Source of the DNA: a virus
Virus record (IMG/VR): IMGVR_UViG_3300042540_000949
Coordinates: 15,061-79,060 of that record
Length of the DNA stretch: 64,000 bases
Direction: 5' to 3' (one strand)
Each line of letters begins with the position of its first letter. Position 1 is the first letter of the stretch. This document shows positions 20,670 to 30,678 of this stretch, piece by piece. The notes under the pieces are model-generated. The model worked only from the letters and a program-made list of their open reading frames with translations. It was not told where the DNA came from and did not search any database. The position numbers were made by a program, and so were the translations under genes.

Positions 20670-21221
20670 TCACGTCCTTCTGGTGATTGGAGTTGTTCCA
20701 CTTAAAATTTCCATATAATCAAACATTATCATGACTTCAAAACTGTTCATAGTATTGGGTGACATCATATTTAGAGTCAATTGGCCGATCTTGGCTGGCC
20801 AACAACCATGCAATACAAATTTTTTCAATACAGTTTCACCGTTTAAATCAAGATGTTGAATTTCCCAATCTGTGGCTTTGTATGTTGAGGCTTGATTTAT
20901 CAAAGATGAAACATTTGTATTGTTGTTGTTTATGTTGTTTTGCCAATTTTGAAACGCTCTCCACAAATTTTTGTCACCAGTATCATCCAAAACAACAACA
21001 GCCCAACTTGTATATTGCTTTTCACCAGGATAAAAATACTTTCTTCCAAAGTGATCGTATGTCAAGGTTGTTGACATTACCTGTGGAAGAATTGTTGATC
21101 TTATGTGAAATTTGGTAAATCGCGGTGTTCCTACGCTATTGCCACCGGGAATTACACCATTTACCAAAAATCTGTTTGATCTTGTTCCACCAAAAAAGTT
21201 TGTCTTGAATTCGTTTAACAT
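20670..21221 (-). CDS. Tail tube protein gp19, paralog 2
   Basis: GGTRSNRF, GRKYFYPGEKQY, GCWP. Confidence 0.85.
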   Translation of the reverse strand: MLNEFKTNFFGGTRSNRFLVNGVIPGGNSVGTPRFTKFHIRSTILPQVMSTTLTYDHFGRKYFYPGEKQYTSWAVVVLDDTGDKNLWRAFQNWQNNINNNNTNVSSLINQASTYKATDWEIQHLDLNGETVLKKFVLHGCWPAKIGQLTLNMMSPNTMNSFEVMIMFDYMEILSGTTPITRRT

Positions 21222-21222
21222 A

Positions 21223-21753
21223 TCAGAGTCCTTCTATCTTGATGTTATCAAATGTCAAGGTCGCTGAAAAAGAAACAAAATCATTTTCACCCATGTTTAA
21301 GCCAATTTCACCAATAACGCTTGGCCAGCATTTATAAAGAAAAATTCGTCTTAAGACTTGATTTGCATTTACGTCTAACTGATCGATTCTCCATGTAGTT
21401 TGCAAAGTTTTGTAAGCAAAATCATTGTTGGCTACTCTATGTGTCCAGTGGCCATCCAATGCTTCTTTCCATCTTTGCAATGCAGTCCATATGTTTTGTG
21501 AATTTCCATCATCATAAATTCCAACAACCCAAGGGCTATATTGACGATCTCCTGCAAAATTTATGAGTCTTCCACGATAAGGAATGCTGATGCTGTTCAC
21601 TGTTGCCATTGGCAAAGATGCAGACACAATCTTGAATTGTGCATCGGTAATCGGAACACTTATGCCACTTGGCCAAGAGGGGTAGACGATAAACCTATTG
21701 GCTCTTGTGCCTCCATTGAAGTTATTCTTGAAATCGATTATCGAATTTGACAT
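21223..21753 (-). CDS. Tail tube protein gp19, paralog 1
   Basis: GGTRANRF, YRGRLINFAGDRQY, CWPS.IGEI. Confidence 0.9.
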   Translation of the reverse strand: MSNSIIDFKNNFNGGTRANRFIVYPSWPSGISVPITDAQFKIVSASLPMATVNSISIPYRGRLINFAGDRQYSPWVVGIYDDGNSQNIWTALQRWKEALDGHWTHRVANNDFAYKTLQTTWRIDQLDVNANQVLRRIFLYKCWPSVIGEIGLNMGENDFVSFSATLTFDNIKIEGL

Positions 21754-23036
21754 TATTGTGTGTATGTGAAGTTAACCACAAATGAGTCTGTTCCTAGCAA
21801 TGGCTTGACTACCAAATCAATTTTTAATTGTGCTGGGTCGGTATTATTTCCCTGATTGCAGATAATTTGCGTGGCTGTTGTATCCAAGTAGGAAGCATAT
21901 GTATCCAAGGCAGTTTGCACTTCACTTACAACCTGATCTCTGGTTGTTTGGTTGTTTATTTCAAAGATGTACTTAAATGCAACAGTGTTTACTGAATTGA
22001 TGATCTCAGAACGAAGTCTTGCTGGCCCTATTCTGTCGTTTACAGTGATAGGGCCACTTGCGGCAGTTGCACCAACCAAATCAGATCCTAAAAACTTTGG
22101 AATGTAATTTACAAAAAAATTGACTTTGTTTGATCTCAAATAGTTTTTAAGATTTCCAGACCATTCTATTGGATTTGTGATGCTACCGTTCAATACTGTG
22201 GCACGATCTAACCCAGCTATTGTCAAATATTGTTCATTTCTGTTTTTTGCTCTTGCAAAAAATCCACCAAGATCGGAAACGGCAGGAATGGTGTAATTGA
22301 TTGTGGAATCGCTTTTTAATAGTTCCACATTTAGAGTATTTGTTTTCAATCCATACAGATTAAAGAATTTGATACCTTGAGTCGATCCAGCAACATTAGA
22401 TACACCAAGTGCAGCAAAGTTTGCCATTGTGTAACCGTTTCCAGAGACACCAGTGGCAGAGTCAAGAATAGAAGGAAAGAATCCAACGGCGTATTCTTGA
22501 CCAGCAACCCAAGTTGCAATATCAGAAGAAATGTAAGGATCGATTACACAATCAATCAAATTTTCTGAATTGGCACCCAAATAAGAATTGAACCCAGCAA
22601 CACTTCCTGTAAGTACAAGTGTACCGCCGTAAGCCATATAACTTATGGCATTCAAAAAATCTTCGCCATTTCGCGTATATAAAAGTTTTGTATTTCCTTC
22701 ATCAACAAACAAAGAGTAAGTAGAACCACTTACTGGAGCCAGCAAGCAATTTGTAATTCCACTTAACTTATTTAAATCTTGCACCAAATCTGAAGGATTG
22801 GTATAAACAATGAACGGATCTGAGGTTGTTCCTTTTACAGGACCAAGAGCAGAATTTCCTCTTGAATAGATCAACCAACCGAACAAACCACCCGGATCTA
22901 CGCTAGTGGCGTTGTTCACTCCGTTGAAAACCGGAGCGGTGTAAGTAGATCCAACCTTCATTGCAGCCACGAAAGGTATTGCTAAATTTTCTTTTGAATA
23001 TTGATTTGAGCTAATAAATGAACTGAGTGATGGCAT
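21753..23036 (-). CDS. Tail sheath gp18 (short, divergent)
   Basis: Synteny; AISYMAYGG, AGLDR, YIFEINNQTTR. Confidence 0.8.
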   Translation of the reverse strand: MPSLSSFISSNQYSKENLAIPFVAAMKVGSTYTAPVFNGVNNATSVDPGGLFGWLIYSRGNSALGPVKGTTSDPFIVYTNPSDLVQDLNKLSGITNCLLAPVSGSTYSLFVDEGNTKLLYTRNGEDFLNAISYMAYGGTLVLTGSVAGFNSYLGANSENLIDCVIDPYISSDIATWVAGQEYAVGFFPSILDSATGVSGNGYTMANFAALGVSNVAGSTQGIKFFNLYGLKTNTLNVELLKSDSTINYTIPAVSDLGGFFARAKNRNEQYLTIAGLDRATVLNGSITNPIEWSGNLKNYLRSNKVNFFVNYIPKFLGSDLVGATAASGPITVNDRIGPARLRSEIINSVNTVAFKYIFEINNQTTRDQVVSEVQTALDTYASYLDTTATQIICNQGNNTDPAQLKIDLVVKPLLGTDSFVVNFTYTQ

Positions 23037-23068
23037 AGGATCCCTTTTTATCTAAAATATTTAGAATT

Positions 23069-24727
23069 TCATGTGGGATACCAAACCACTCCTCCCTGAG
23101 AAAATGGCTCCTTATCATCTAGTTCATCCTTGTTATCCATCATAAAAAGCACATTATCATCTTCAGGTTTTTGTGCTTCTTCGTAATTAAATTTTGCACT
23201 TTCGATCAAATCAGCATAATATTCTTGCCTTGAAAGCCATGCAAAGAACACCAAAGACATTACCAAGTCATCATTATGACCTTCTTCGGCCTTGTATGTA
23301 TTGGCTTTTGATACAAATGTGAATAATTCAGAAATTATTCTTTCATCGTTCAATAAAATTTTGTCTTCTTCTATTAGTCTTTTTAGAATCGCACATCCCA
23401 ATTTTTTAGTCTGTGTGGTGGTTCTAAGACCCATTTCGCTTTTTCCAGAAGCAAAACCTTGAGAAAGCATTTGGCCTTTTCTTCCCATCATACGAGTCAT
23501 CAATACATTTTCATAGCCCAGATCGTTGTAAAGAATAGAAGAAACCTGACCACCAATGTCATTTGTTTCAATCAAAGCATAGGCATTGTTATACTGCTCA
23601 CATATTTTTTTGATAATCGTGGGAAAATTGAATGGGCTGATTGTGTTGTTTCTGAACGAAGCAACAACTTTATATGGTGCTGATGTTCCATCAATCAGTG
23701 TAAATGCCGAAAAGTCAGAGCCCTGACCCCGAGAAACGTCAGCCTGCAAGAAGTAAATTTGATCTTTTTCTGGTTTTGCAAATACTCGCAAACCTTCTTT
23801 ATCTTCTTGCAAATATTCTTCTGGTGCCAAGACACTCAATTTTGAAGTTGATATAAGAGTGTTGGAAGAGCCCAAGAAACTACATCCATATTCTTGCTCA
23901 AATTGTTCTGGACTTGTGTTTGCAATTTGTTCAGCGGCCCATTCATCATCTCTTAATTTGGGGCTTCCGGGACTGACTGGGGTTTCTCTCCAACCCACCT
24001 CAACCGGAACGAACATGTTTTTTAACTTATGACCTGTAGTTCGATTAGCATCCACCCAAAGTTTATGGAAATGGTTCATTCCATTTGGGGTGGAAACAAT
24101 GATAAGTTTGGTGGTTGTACCAGCCGAAATGGTCGGGTATGTGGATGTATAGAATTCTTCTGCTACATGGCTCGGCAAGAAGGCGTACTCGTCCAACAGG
24201 AGCAGGTTATATGAGCCGCCACGGATCGCTGTAGACGATGTAGCGTCGCACATGACCCTGGAGCCGTTTTCCAATTTAAAACTCGTCTTATTCCATTCTA
24301 CGACTCCTTGTTGCAGGAAATGTGGTAAATTTTCATAAGCAAGTTGAAGTTTGGAGAATAATTCCTCTTTTGCCGTCTTCAAACGGTTTGCTAGAATTGC
24401 CACGTTCACGCTTTGGTTGAAAGTCACATAGTGGCAAATGTAACTGGTCACACAAGTAGACTTACCGCACTGGCGAGGCCACTTGGAGATCACGAATCTA
24501 TTTTTATGCAATTCGTTTATAAATTTTTTCTGGTATGGATAAAGTTTAAACGGAACAACGCCCTTGTCCAATGTTTTGACTTTGATGTATTTTTCACAAA
24601 AGTAGACAGGATCGTTTGCACATTTTACATATTCCTCAAACTCCTCTTTGGTGTATTGCATCTCCACACCGGGAAGTTTGAGTTTGGAATTGTTTCGATA
24701 ACCCTGATTATTGTTGTTTGGGTTCAT
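23069..24727 (-). CDS. Terminase large subunit gp17
   Basis: PRQCGKST, LLDEYAF, STPNGMNHF, DVSRG, HNDDLVM. Confidence 0.97.
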   Translation of the reverse strand: MNPNNNNQGYRNNSKLKLPGVEMQYTKEEFEEYVKCANDPVYFCEKYIKVKTLDKGVVPFKLYPYQKKFINELHKNRFVISKWPRQCGKSTCVTSYICHYVTFNQSVNVAILANRLKTAKEELFSKLQLAYENLPHFLQQGVVEWNKTSFKLENGSRVMCDATSSTAIRGGSYNLLLLDEYAFLPSHVAEEFYTSTYPTISAGTTTKLIIVSTPNGMNHFHKLWVDANRTTGHKLKNMFVPVEVGWRETPVSPGSPKLRDDEWAAEQIANTSPEQFEQEYGCSFLGSSNTLISTSKLSVLAPEEYLQEDKEGLRVFAKPEKDQIYFLQADVSRGQGSDFSAFTLIDGTSAPYKVVASFRNNTISPFNFPTIIKKICEQYNNAYALIETNDIGGQVSSILYNDLGYENVLMTRMMGRKGQMLSQGFASGKSEMGLRTTTQTKKLGCAILKRLIEEDKILLNDERIISELFTFVSKANTYKAEEGHNDDLVMSLVFFAWLSRQEYYADLIESAKFNYEEAQKPEDDNVLFMMDNKDELDDKEPFSQGGVVWYPT

Positions 24728-25157
24728 TCACAACCTCAGCCTCAACTATATCTTTATCCGTACTTCTTTCCTTGTTTATCAGATTTTGCAGATCTTTGGT
24801 AGATCCAACAAAGACAGAATTGTTTGTCTGCTTGACTTCAATCTTTGTACCAGTTGTATCCTTTGCTTTTTTATGCACATCCAACACATTGTTGTTTAGA
24901 TCAGACATTGTCTTTAAAAGAATGGCAACAACCTCAAAGGCTCTAGGACTATCGGATTCTGTGGCCACTTTCAAAGCACTTTCCAATGCCACATTTCCAC
25001 TGCCAATAAGAGACTTCAGATTATCTTGAACCAGTGCATAATCTTTTTGAAAATTAGCAATATCAAAGGTTCCACCTGATTGGGGTGGTTTATCCAAAGA
25101 ACTATTTTGTCCTTCAGGGACATTAAAAAGTTTTGCCAAATTTTTATTAATATTCAT
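24708..25157 (-). CDS. Terminase small subunit gp16
   Basis: DY...DNL, SDSPRAFEV, NNSVFVGST.DLQ. Confidence 0.9.
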   Translation of the reverse strand: MNINKNLAKLFNVPEGQNSSLDKPPQSGGTFDIANFQKDYALVQDNLKSLIGSGNVALESALKVATESDSPRAFEVVAILLKTMSDLNNNVLDVHKKAKDTTGTKIEVKQTNNSVFVGSTKDLQNLINKERSTDKDIVEAEVVNEPKQQ

Positions 25158-25159
25158 GT

Positions 25160-25819
25160 TTATTCAAAATCAATCTCAGTCGCCGTAGTATTAATAGTCG
25201 TTACACTGTTCACACCACCAAATATGTATGATTTGGCCAAGAAGTTAAATGATGCGATATGCATTCTTCTGCTGTTAAAATCACCCTCATATCGGTCTGT
25301 CAGGTTGTTTGAAACCATTACGATTGGGATGTTTAATTTATCACCATCCTCTGTAAGTTCAATCTTTATCATGTGATCTGGAACAAAGAATGGCATGATT
25401 TGCTCAACAATTTGCAACATGTCATCAATATGTCTTGTGTAGACAAAGAGGTTTATTCCAACATTTACAGGTTGTTCATTGGCTATTTGTGATCCAGTAT
25501 TTGTACAATTTCCACCAGATTGATTTAATGCAATTGATGAAGAAAATCTTGCACGCCGTCTTGATGGGTCTGGGAGAATGTTATTTACATGATAACTTAT
25601 TCTTGGCAACTGATTCTCAATTCTTGTTCCATCAGTTATTGAAGAGGGATTTAAAAGTCTTTGAATAAATTTTTCTTGTGATGCATATGTAATTGGAACT
25701 CTTAAAGTAGTATTTGGATCAGCACCATTGTTGTCGTGGGAAACATAAATGTTGTTGAACAAAGTTCCAAATCCCACCACTAATCGTCTTAAACTTTTAT
25801 TATAGTAGTATCCAAACAT
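25160..25819 (-). CDS. Tail sheath stabiliser gp15
   Basis: FGTLFNNI, VPITY, LPRIS, QIVEQIMPFF. Confidence 0.92.
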   Translation of the reverse strand: MFGYYYNKSLRRLVVGFGTLFNNIYVSHDNNGADPNTTLRVPITYASQEKFIQRLLNPSSITDGTRIENQLPRISYHVNNILPDPSRRRARFSSSIALNQSGGNCTNTGSQIANEQPVNVGINLFVYTRHIDDMLQIVEQIMPFFVPDHMIKIELTEDGDKLNIPIVMVSNNLTDRYEGDFNSRRMHIASFNFLAKSYIFGGVNSVTTINTTATEIDFE

Positions 25820-25832
25820 CGTTTTACCTCAT

Positions 25833-26495
25833 TTAAGATCCACAGTTGTTTGCGGGATTGTTTTCGTCAAATTCATACAATGCAGCTTCGGTGTCTAAAA
25901 TATCATTGATTCCAGCAGTAGTTCCAAGAATGTTGTTTCTTGGAATCATGGTTGCACCAGTAAAACCAAATGTGGTTGTATATGGTGAGTTTACTGCAGG
26001 ACTTGGTGTGGCAATCTTTTCGTAACTGTATGTGAAGAGTTCTGCGGTTATTTGATAAGAATAAAGTTTGCCCAATGGGTATAGGGGGTTTTCATGTTCT
26101 ACAAAGTTTATTTCAAACAAAGATTTTGAGAGAGGAAAGTAGATTAAATCACCTTCTCTGGGTCTTATGATTGTTGGATCAACATTTGTAACCTGCTCTT
26201 TGAATCTTCTCCGAGCCATCAACAAAGATATTTTATCTTTGATTTCAATGCCAAACTGAGTAACGATATCAGTTCCCTCAAATCCCTTGTAAGATTGAAT
26301 ATACATTTCTATTGTATATGTCTTATCAAAAAAAGAACTGGGATCTTCTCCAAATAGTCTGTCTATGTTTAAAGCATTTCTCGGAACATAGAGACAATCT
26401 TGACCAACTCCTTGAATCAATTCAACAGTGATATCCTCAACCAAATTTTGTTCAGGATTGTATGAAGTTAAATTGATATAAGGATTGATTGCCAT
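25833..26495 (-). CDS. Neck protein gp14
   Basis: EQNLVEDI, RPREGDLIYFP, FVEHE.P.Y.LG, ELFTYS.E. Confidence 0.93.
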   Translation of the reverse strand: MAINPYINLTSYNPEQNLVEDITVELIQGVGQDCLYVPRNALNIDRLFGEDPSSFFDKTYTIEMYIQSYKGFEGTDIVTQFGIEIKDKISLLMARRRFKEQVTNVDPTIIRPREGDLIYFPLSKSLFEINFVEHENPLYPLGKLYSYQITAELFTYSYEKIATPSPAVNSPYTTTFGFTGATMIPRNNILGTTAGINDILDTEAALYEFDENNPANNCGS

Positions 26496-26497
26496 TT

Positions 26498-27325
26498 TTA
26501 TCCAATCAATGGATCCACGGGGAGTTCGTAGTTTCTCAACAATGTATTTTCTATTTCAGTTATCTCACGCACAGCATCTTGCATTATGGCAGGAGCATTC
26601 AACTGAGCCCCACCGGGCAATGGAACACCAGCAAACTTCATCAAGTTTTGTGCCCATTGTTTTTTCACCAAGGCCGCAAAATATCTTTGGAACAATCGAT
26701 CTTGCCAAACTTTTTCAAATTTATCAGAATCAATTTTTACATAGGCTTCAACCAAAAGATATGATTTGCCTTCAAGGTTACTGTAATCGGTATCCAAAAA
26801 CAATCTTTGCGTTGTTTTGGTGTAAGTATAAGACATCGGATAATTGAATACATCGTTTATCAACTTAACATAAGACATCGCTTCCATATAAGATGCCATG
26901 GGCGCTGATGGATAGCCTGACTGATTAAAATAAAGACCGAAGAAATCAAAAAGAGTCATTTGATATCTAAGGTCAAACATGTAATCACCGACTTGATTGT
27001 CTGCCGTATAAACCTTAGATATCGAAACGATGTCTTGGCCCGTTGGATAATAAGAAGTTGCTCCGCTACTATCAGTTCTTATTTGAGCACCCAAAGCAGG
27101 GCCAAACGTGCTCACATCGAAATAGTTGCGTGCAATGTCTTGTGGTTGCATTTGATAGGAAAACAGGGCTCTTTGATTGAAGTCAAAGTGCCTTTCTTCC
27201 ATGTAACGAAGGGCTTCTTCCAAACGATCCTCAACCTGCTGAGGATCTACATTGATTTGAACGACTGGAGCACCTAAAGTTCTTAATGTGTAGTCAATGA
27301 ATTCTTGACGGGTGGTAATTGGCAT
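26498..27325 (-). CDS. Neck protein gp13
   Basis: LGAPVVQINV, KKQWAQNL.KF, LPGG. Confidence 0.93.
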   Translation of the reverse strand: MPITTRQEFIDYTLRTLGAPVVQINVDPQQVEDRLEEALRYMEERHFDFNQRALFSYQMQPQDIARNYFDVSTFGPALGAQIRTDSSGATSYYPTGQDIVSISKVYTADNQVGDYMFDLRYQMTLFDFFGLYFNQSGYPSAPMASYMEAMSYVKLINDVFNYPMSYTYTKTTQRLFLDTDYSNLEGKSYLLVEAYVKIDSDKFEKVWQDRLFQRYFAALVKKQWAQNLMKFAGVPLPGGAQLNAPAIMQDAVREITEIENTLLRNYELPVDPLIG

Positions 27326-27336
27326 CTTAGAAATAT

Positions 27337-27783
27337 TTATGAATCTTCAATTACCTTATTTAAGTCTTCCATAATCTTTTCTTGCAAAGGATTCGATCCA
27401 ATCGTAATTTGAATAAATTGGAGTTGATCTGGGTCAAAATTTTCTATATCTTGTTTTCTGGCCTTGGTTTCGGGTTCATATGCATTCGGGTCATAATTGG
27501 AAAACCCAGGCATTTTTAATGGACAATCTAGTTTTGGATAATCCAGCTTGGAGTAATATTTTGACTCCTTTATCAACCAAGTGTGGCGATGGTCACCACA
27601 ACCACATTTACCGCAATAATGCTTTCCCTTGATTTTACTTGGTTTTAGATGAATACATGCTGGTATTTCCCCGTGACCGAAACAAGACAGAGCCCTCAAT
27701 TTTTTTGTTGATTCATCTATCTTTTTGGAATTAAATCCACGCGATGCGATTGATGCCGCAAACATAACCATTTTTGAAAACAT
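27337..27783 (-). CDS. Cys-rich hypothetical protein
   Basis: CGKCGCG...CPLK; paralogous motif in 41937-42488. Confidence 0.65.
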   Translation of the reverse strand: MFSKMVMFAASIASRGFNSKKIDESTKKLRALSCFGHGEIPACIHLKPSKIKGKHYCGKCGCGDHRHTWLIKESKYYSKLDYPKLDCPLKMPGFSNYDPNAYEPETKARKQDIENFDPDQLQFIQITIGSNPLQEKIMEDLNKVIEDS

Positions 27784-28418
27784 CAGAACTCTCCATAAAT
27801 AACGCTCATTCCGGCAGGCAACACATGTTCTTCTAGGAATGGTCTAAACTGCTTTAGTCTTTCAGAATTTGCACTGGTAGTGTTTACTTGTATGACAGCT
27901 GCGTTTACAGTAAAAACATCAACTGAATCCCAGTCAAATCCCAAAAGTGTGCAGATTAGATATTTTGTTGCTTGAGGTGTTCCCTTTTCATTAAAATAAT
28001 TGGCATCCGCATTAATCAAAAATTTTCTTATGTTTGGCAGTATAGAAGCATATGGTTCTTGGGAAAAGTCCACATCCGGAAAATAAAAGTCTGCGTATGC
28101 TTCCAAAAATTTTGAATTTGTTTTTAATGAATAGCGAAGTGTCTCCCAGTTTAATTGGGCACCGTATCCATATTCCAATGAAAATAGCCAACGAAGATAA
28201 TTTTTGATTATAGGAACAACCAAAACTGTATCTGGCTCATTTTCATAGGCATCCATTATCCATGATGGAAATAGAGCCCTTACAGTAAGATTGTCTCCAA
28301 ACCAGTAAGAATCATCGATATCATAAAAATCTGAACCATAAAGTTCTTTGGCTCTTTCGATCAAATATGAAATTTTTACCTGTTCCGAAACAGGTTGACT
28401 GTTAAAAAATAAAATCAT
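27783..28418 (-). CDS. Baseplate wedge subunit (gp7-like, short)
   Basis: YFNEKGTPQATKYLICTLLG; follows gp6. Confidence 0.55.
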   Translation of the reverse strand: MILFFNSQPVSEQVKISYLIERAKELYGSDFYDIDDSYWFGDNLTVRALFPSWIMDAYENEPDTVLVVPIIKNYLRWLFSLEYGYGAQLNWETLRYSLKTNSKFLEAYADFYFPDVDFSQEPYASILPNIRKFLINADANYFNEKGTPQATKYLICTLLGFDWDSVDVFTVNAAVIQVNTTSANSERLKQFRPFLEEHVLPAGMSVIYGEF

Positions 28419-29488
28419 TGTTTATAGACCACTGATATGCCAACAGGCACACGATTGGAGATGTAATCGATCAATTGGGATTGTTCGGCAAACCCAAGAC
28501 CATCTACATATATCTTCACTTGTCCTGGAAGAATGTCATTTCCCACGCTTATTGAAGATTCATTTTCGGTTCCACTGATTCCTGAACTCATTATTGCATT
28601 CTTGTAGTCTCTCAATGTAACACATCTTTCTTGACCAGTTGCCTTGAACAAAAGAGATGCTTTTGCTGTTTTCATTGAAATTTGATTGTATCCACCATTC
28701 GGTGTTGCAGATGTGCCAAAAATTACATTTGATGGAGCACCAATCGTACCGTTGTTTCCCACTGAACCATTGCTTATAACTGCTTTGACAATTACTTTGC
28801 TAGAAGTTGTTATTTGTCTGGATGATGCAAAGTTGTTAGTAACAACATAACCTTGAGGACCATTGATTACAGAAAAATGAGTATTATTCTTGGTGGTGGT
28901 TGTGTTTGCTTTGTCAACTCTCGTCCATTTGGTTGTTACGTTTGTTGCAACGTCTGTTTCATAAAATCCGATGGTATCCGGATTTACGCTGTAAGGTAGT
29001 TCACAAGACTGCGTGGTAAAATCATAGTTTGTGTAAAACACGACTTCCAAACCAGAATAAAGATTTATGGATTTTGAAGTATTGGCAGCTATCGATTCAA
29101 TATTGTAAAAAAACAAATCTGCACCATTTGTAGCCGTACCTCTGAATGCACTATACTCGTCAAGTGCAGAAGTTACTGTAACAGTACGATTGCAGGAAGC
29201 CGATTTGGTTGGAATGACCAACACCGAGTTGTTTGAGGCAATTCCGAGCAAGGATTCCATTACTGTTGCCGTGGTTGCAAAACTATTGATAAACCCGTAT
29301 TGTGCATACACACCATTATAAGCAGTAGCGGTGCATAATATGTTCAACAACATATTTACTGCACTTGCTTGATTTTGAAAGTCTAGATTTTTTAATTCTT
29401 CTTGTTGTTGTAAAAAAGCAACCATTGAAGTTTTGATGTCATCAAAATCCAAGGAGGCTACATTTAAGTTTTTTATGTTATATGTCAT
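28415..29488 (-). CDS. Baseplate wedge gp6 (short)
   Basis: LNVASLDFDDIK, QERCVTLRDY, GQVKIY. Confidence 0.8.
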   Translation of the reverse strand: MTYNIKNLNVASLDFDDIKTSMVAFLQQQEELKNLDFQNQASAVNMLLNILCTATAYNGVYAQYGFINSFATTATVMESLLGIASNNSVLVIPTKSASCNRTVTVTSALDEYSAFRGTATNGADLFFYNIESIAANTSKSINLYSGLEVVFYTNYDFTTQSCELPYSVNPDTIGFYETDVATNVTTKWTRVDKANTTTTKNNTHFSVINGPQGYVVTNNFASSRQITTSSKVIVKAVISNGSVGNNGTIGAPSNVIFGTSATPNGGYNQISMKTAKASLLFKATGQERCVTLRDYKNAIMSSGISGTENESSISVGNDILPGQVKIYVDGLGFAEQSQLIDYISNRVPVGISVVYKQ

Positions 29489-29865
29489 CAGATTGGGACC
29501 TCTATGAAGCAACTCATTTGATTTTGAAATTTGATTCCATCATAAAAACTGAATCGTACCTCAAATTCCATTTCTGTTTCTGTACGAGAACGAAGAACGA
29601 CTTTGACATTCGTAAGTTTTCCTAGTGCTGCCTGAATGTATGAAGCCAATTCAAACTCCAAAGTTCCTACATCATTTGTTCCAAACAAGTAACTGTAATA
29701 ATTTGAACCCAAATTCATATTTGAGACAACTTCATTTTTTTGAGTTTTTATCACATTTTCTATGTACTGAACATAAGCATTGTAACCACTGACCATGGAA
29801 ATGTCTTTTTTGGTCGTTGTGGTGTTTACTGGTTCAAGAAATATAGAAAAATCTCTGGCTATCAT
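29488..29865 (-). CDS. Baseplate wedge gp25-like
   Basis: DISMV, IENVIKTQKNE, LGS..YSYLF; directly upstream of gp6. Confidence 0.7.
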   Translation of the reverse strand: MIARDFSIFLEPVNTTTTKKDISMVSGYNAYVQYIENVIKTQKNEVVSNMNLGSNYYSYLFGTNDVGTLEFELASYIQAALGKLTNVKVVLRSRTETEMEFEVRFSFYDGIKFQNQMSCFIEVPI

Positions 29866-29879
29866 ACCAAATATTTAGA

Positions 29880-30677
29880 TCAAGGATAATCAGACGCAAA
29901 TGTGCTTCCTGCAAGAGCGGGAGTTGTATTTTGTGGAATCTGAGACAATGCAAGGGCCGTTTCATGTGTTCCAGAGTTTGTTATAACATGCTTTACGCCA
30001 ATTATGTAATAATGACCGTTCAACAATGACTGGCCCGGATAATATGGATAACCGCTAGCAGCATTTACATTCAGGAACACCAATTGTCCTATTTTGAGAT
30101 TGAAATCACCAGCCACAGTGATATTCATCTTTTTTCCATATTTTAAACCATCCAAAAATTCTGCACGCAGAATTGGAGTTTCTTTTGGTGTATTCCAGAA
30201 TGTGGCGACATTTAATCGTAATTTTACATAGGCATGAAAATCTGGACCGAGATCAGGACATGTACAACTAAATGGTGCCGAAGGTGTCCCCCAAAGACAA
30301 CCTAGCCACGATTCACCCAAATTGGATACAATTTCTTCACATTCATATTGTGGTTCATCCAAATATAAATCAATAGGAGCAAAAGTATCTTCTATTCCAC
30401 TTGCTGGTTTTGTTGCCCCTTTCCAAAGATCTAAAATGTATGCTGGAGGTCCACACGGTCCAGCAGGCCCAACCGTCATGCCTTTGATAAATCCAATTTT
30501 TTCTGCTATACCTTTTACACTTGGAAATCTATCAAAGCATTCAGCAAAAGTATCTGGTGATCCACATAAGCCTCTTGTAATGGTAGAGTTGGCGCATTCA
30601 TATGCACCCTTTGAATTGGGTGCATAAAAAGCATTCTTTGAGTCAGTGGATCCATATGTTATGATTTGTTTTGACAT
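29880..30677 (-). CDS. Baseplate hub protein, C-terminal part (gp27-like)
   Basis: ITVAGDFNLKIGQLV...LNGHYYIIGVKHVIT resembles hub C-termini. Confidence 0.5.
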   Translation of the reverse strand: MSKQIITYGSTDSKNAFYAPNSKGAYECANSTITRGLCGSPDTFAECFDRFPSVKGIAEKIGFIKGMTVGPAGPCGPPAYILDLWKGATKPASGIEDTFAPIDLYLDEPQYECEEIVSNLGESWLGCLWGTPSAPFSCTCPDLGPDFHAYVKLRLNVATFWNTPKETPILRAEFLDGLKYGKKMNITVAGDFNLKIGQLVFLNVNAASGYPYYPGQSLLNGHYYIIGVKHVITNSGTHETALALSQIPQNTTPALAGSTFASDYP

Positions 30678-30678
30678 A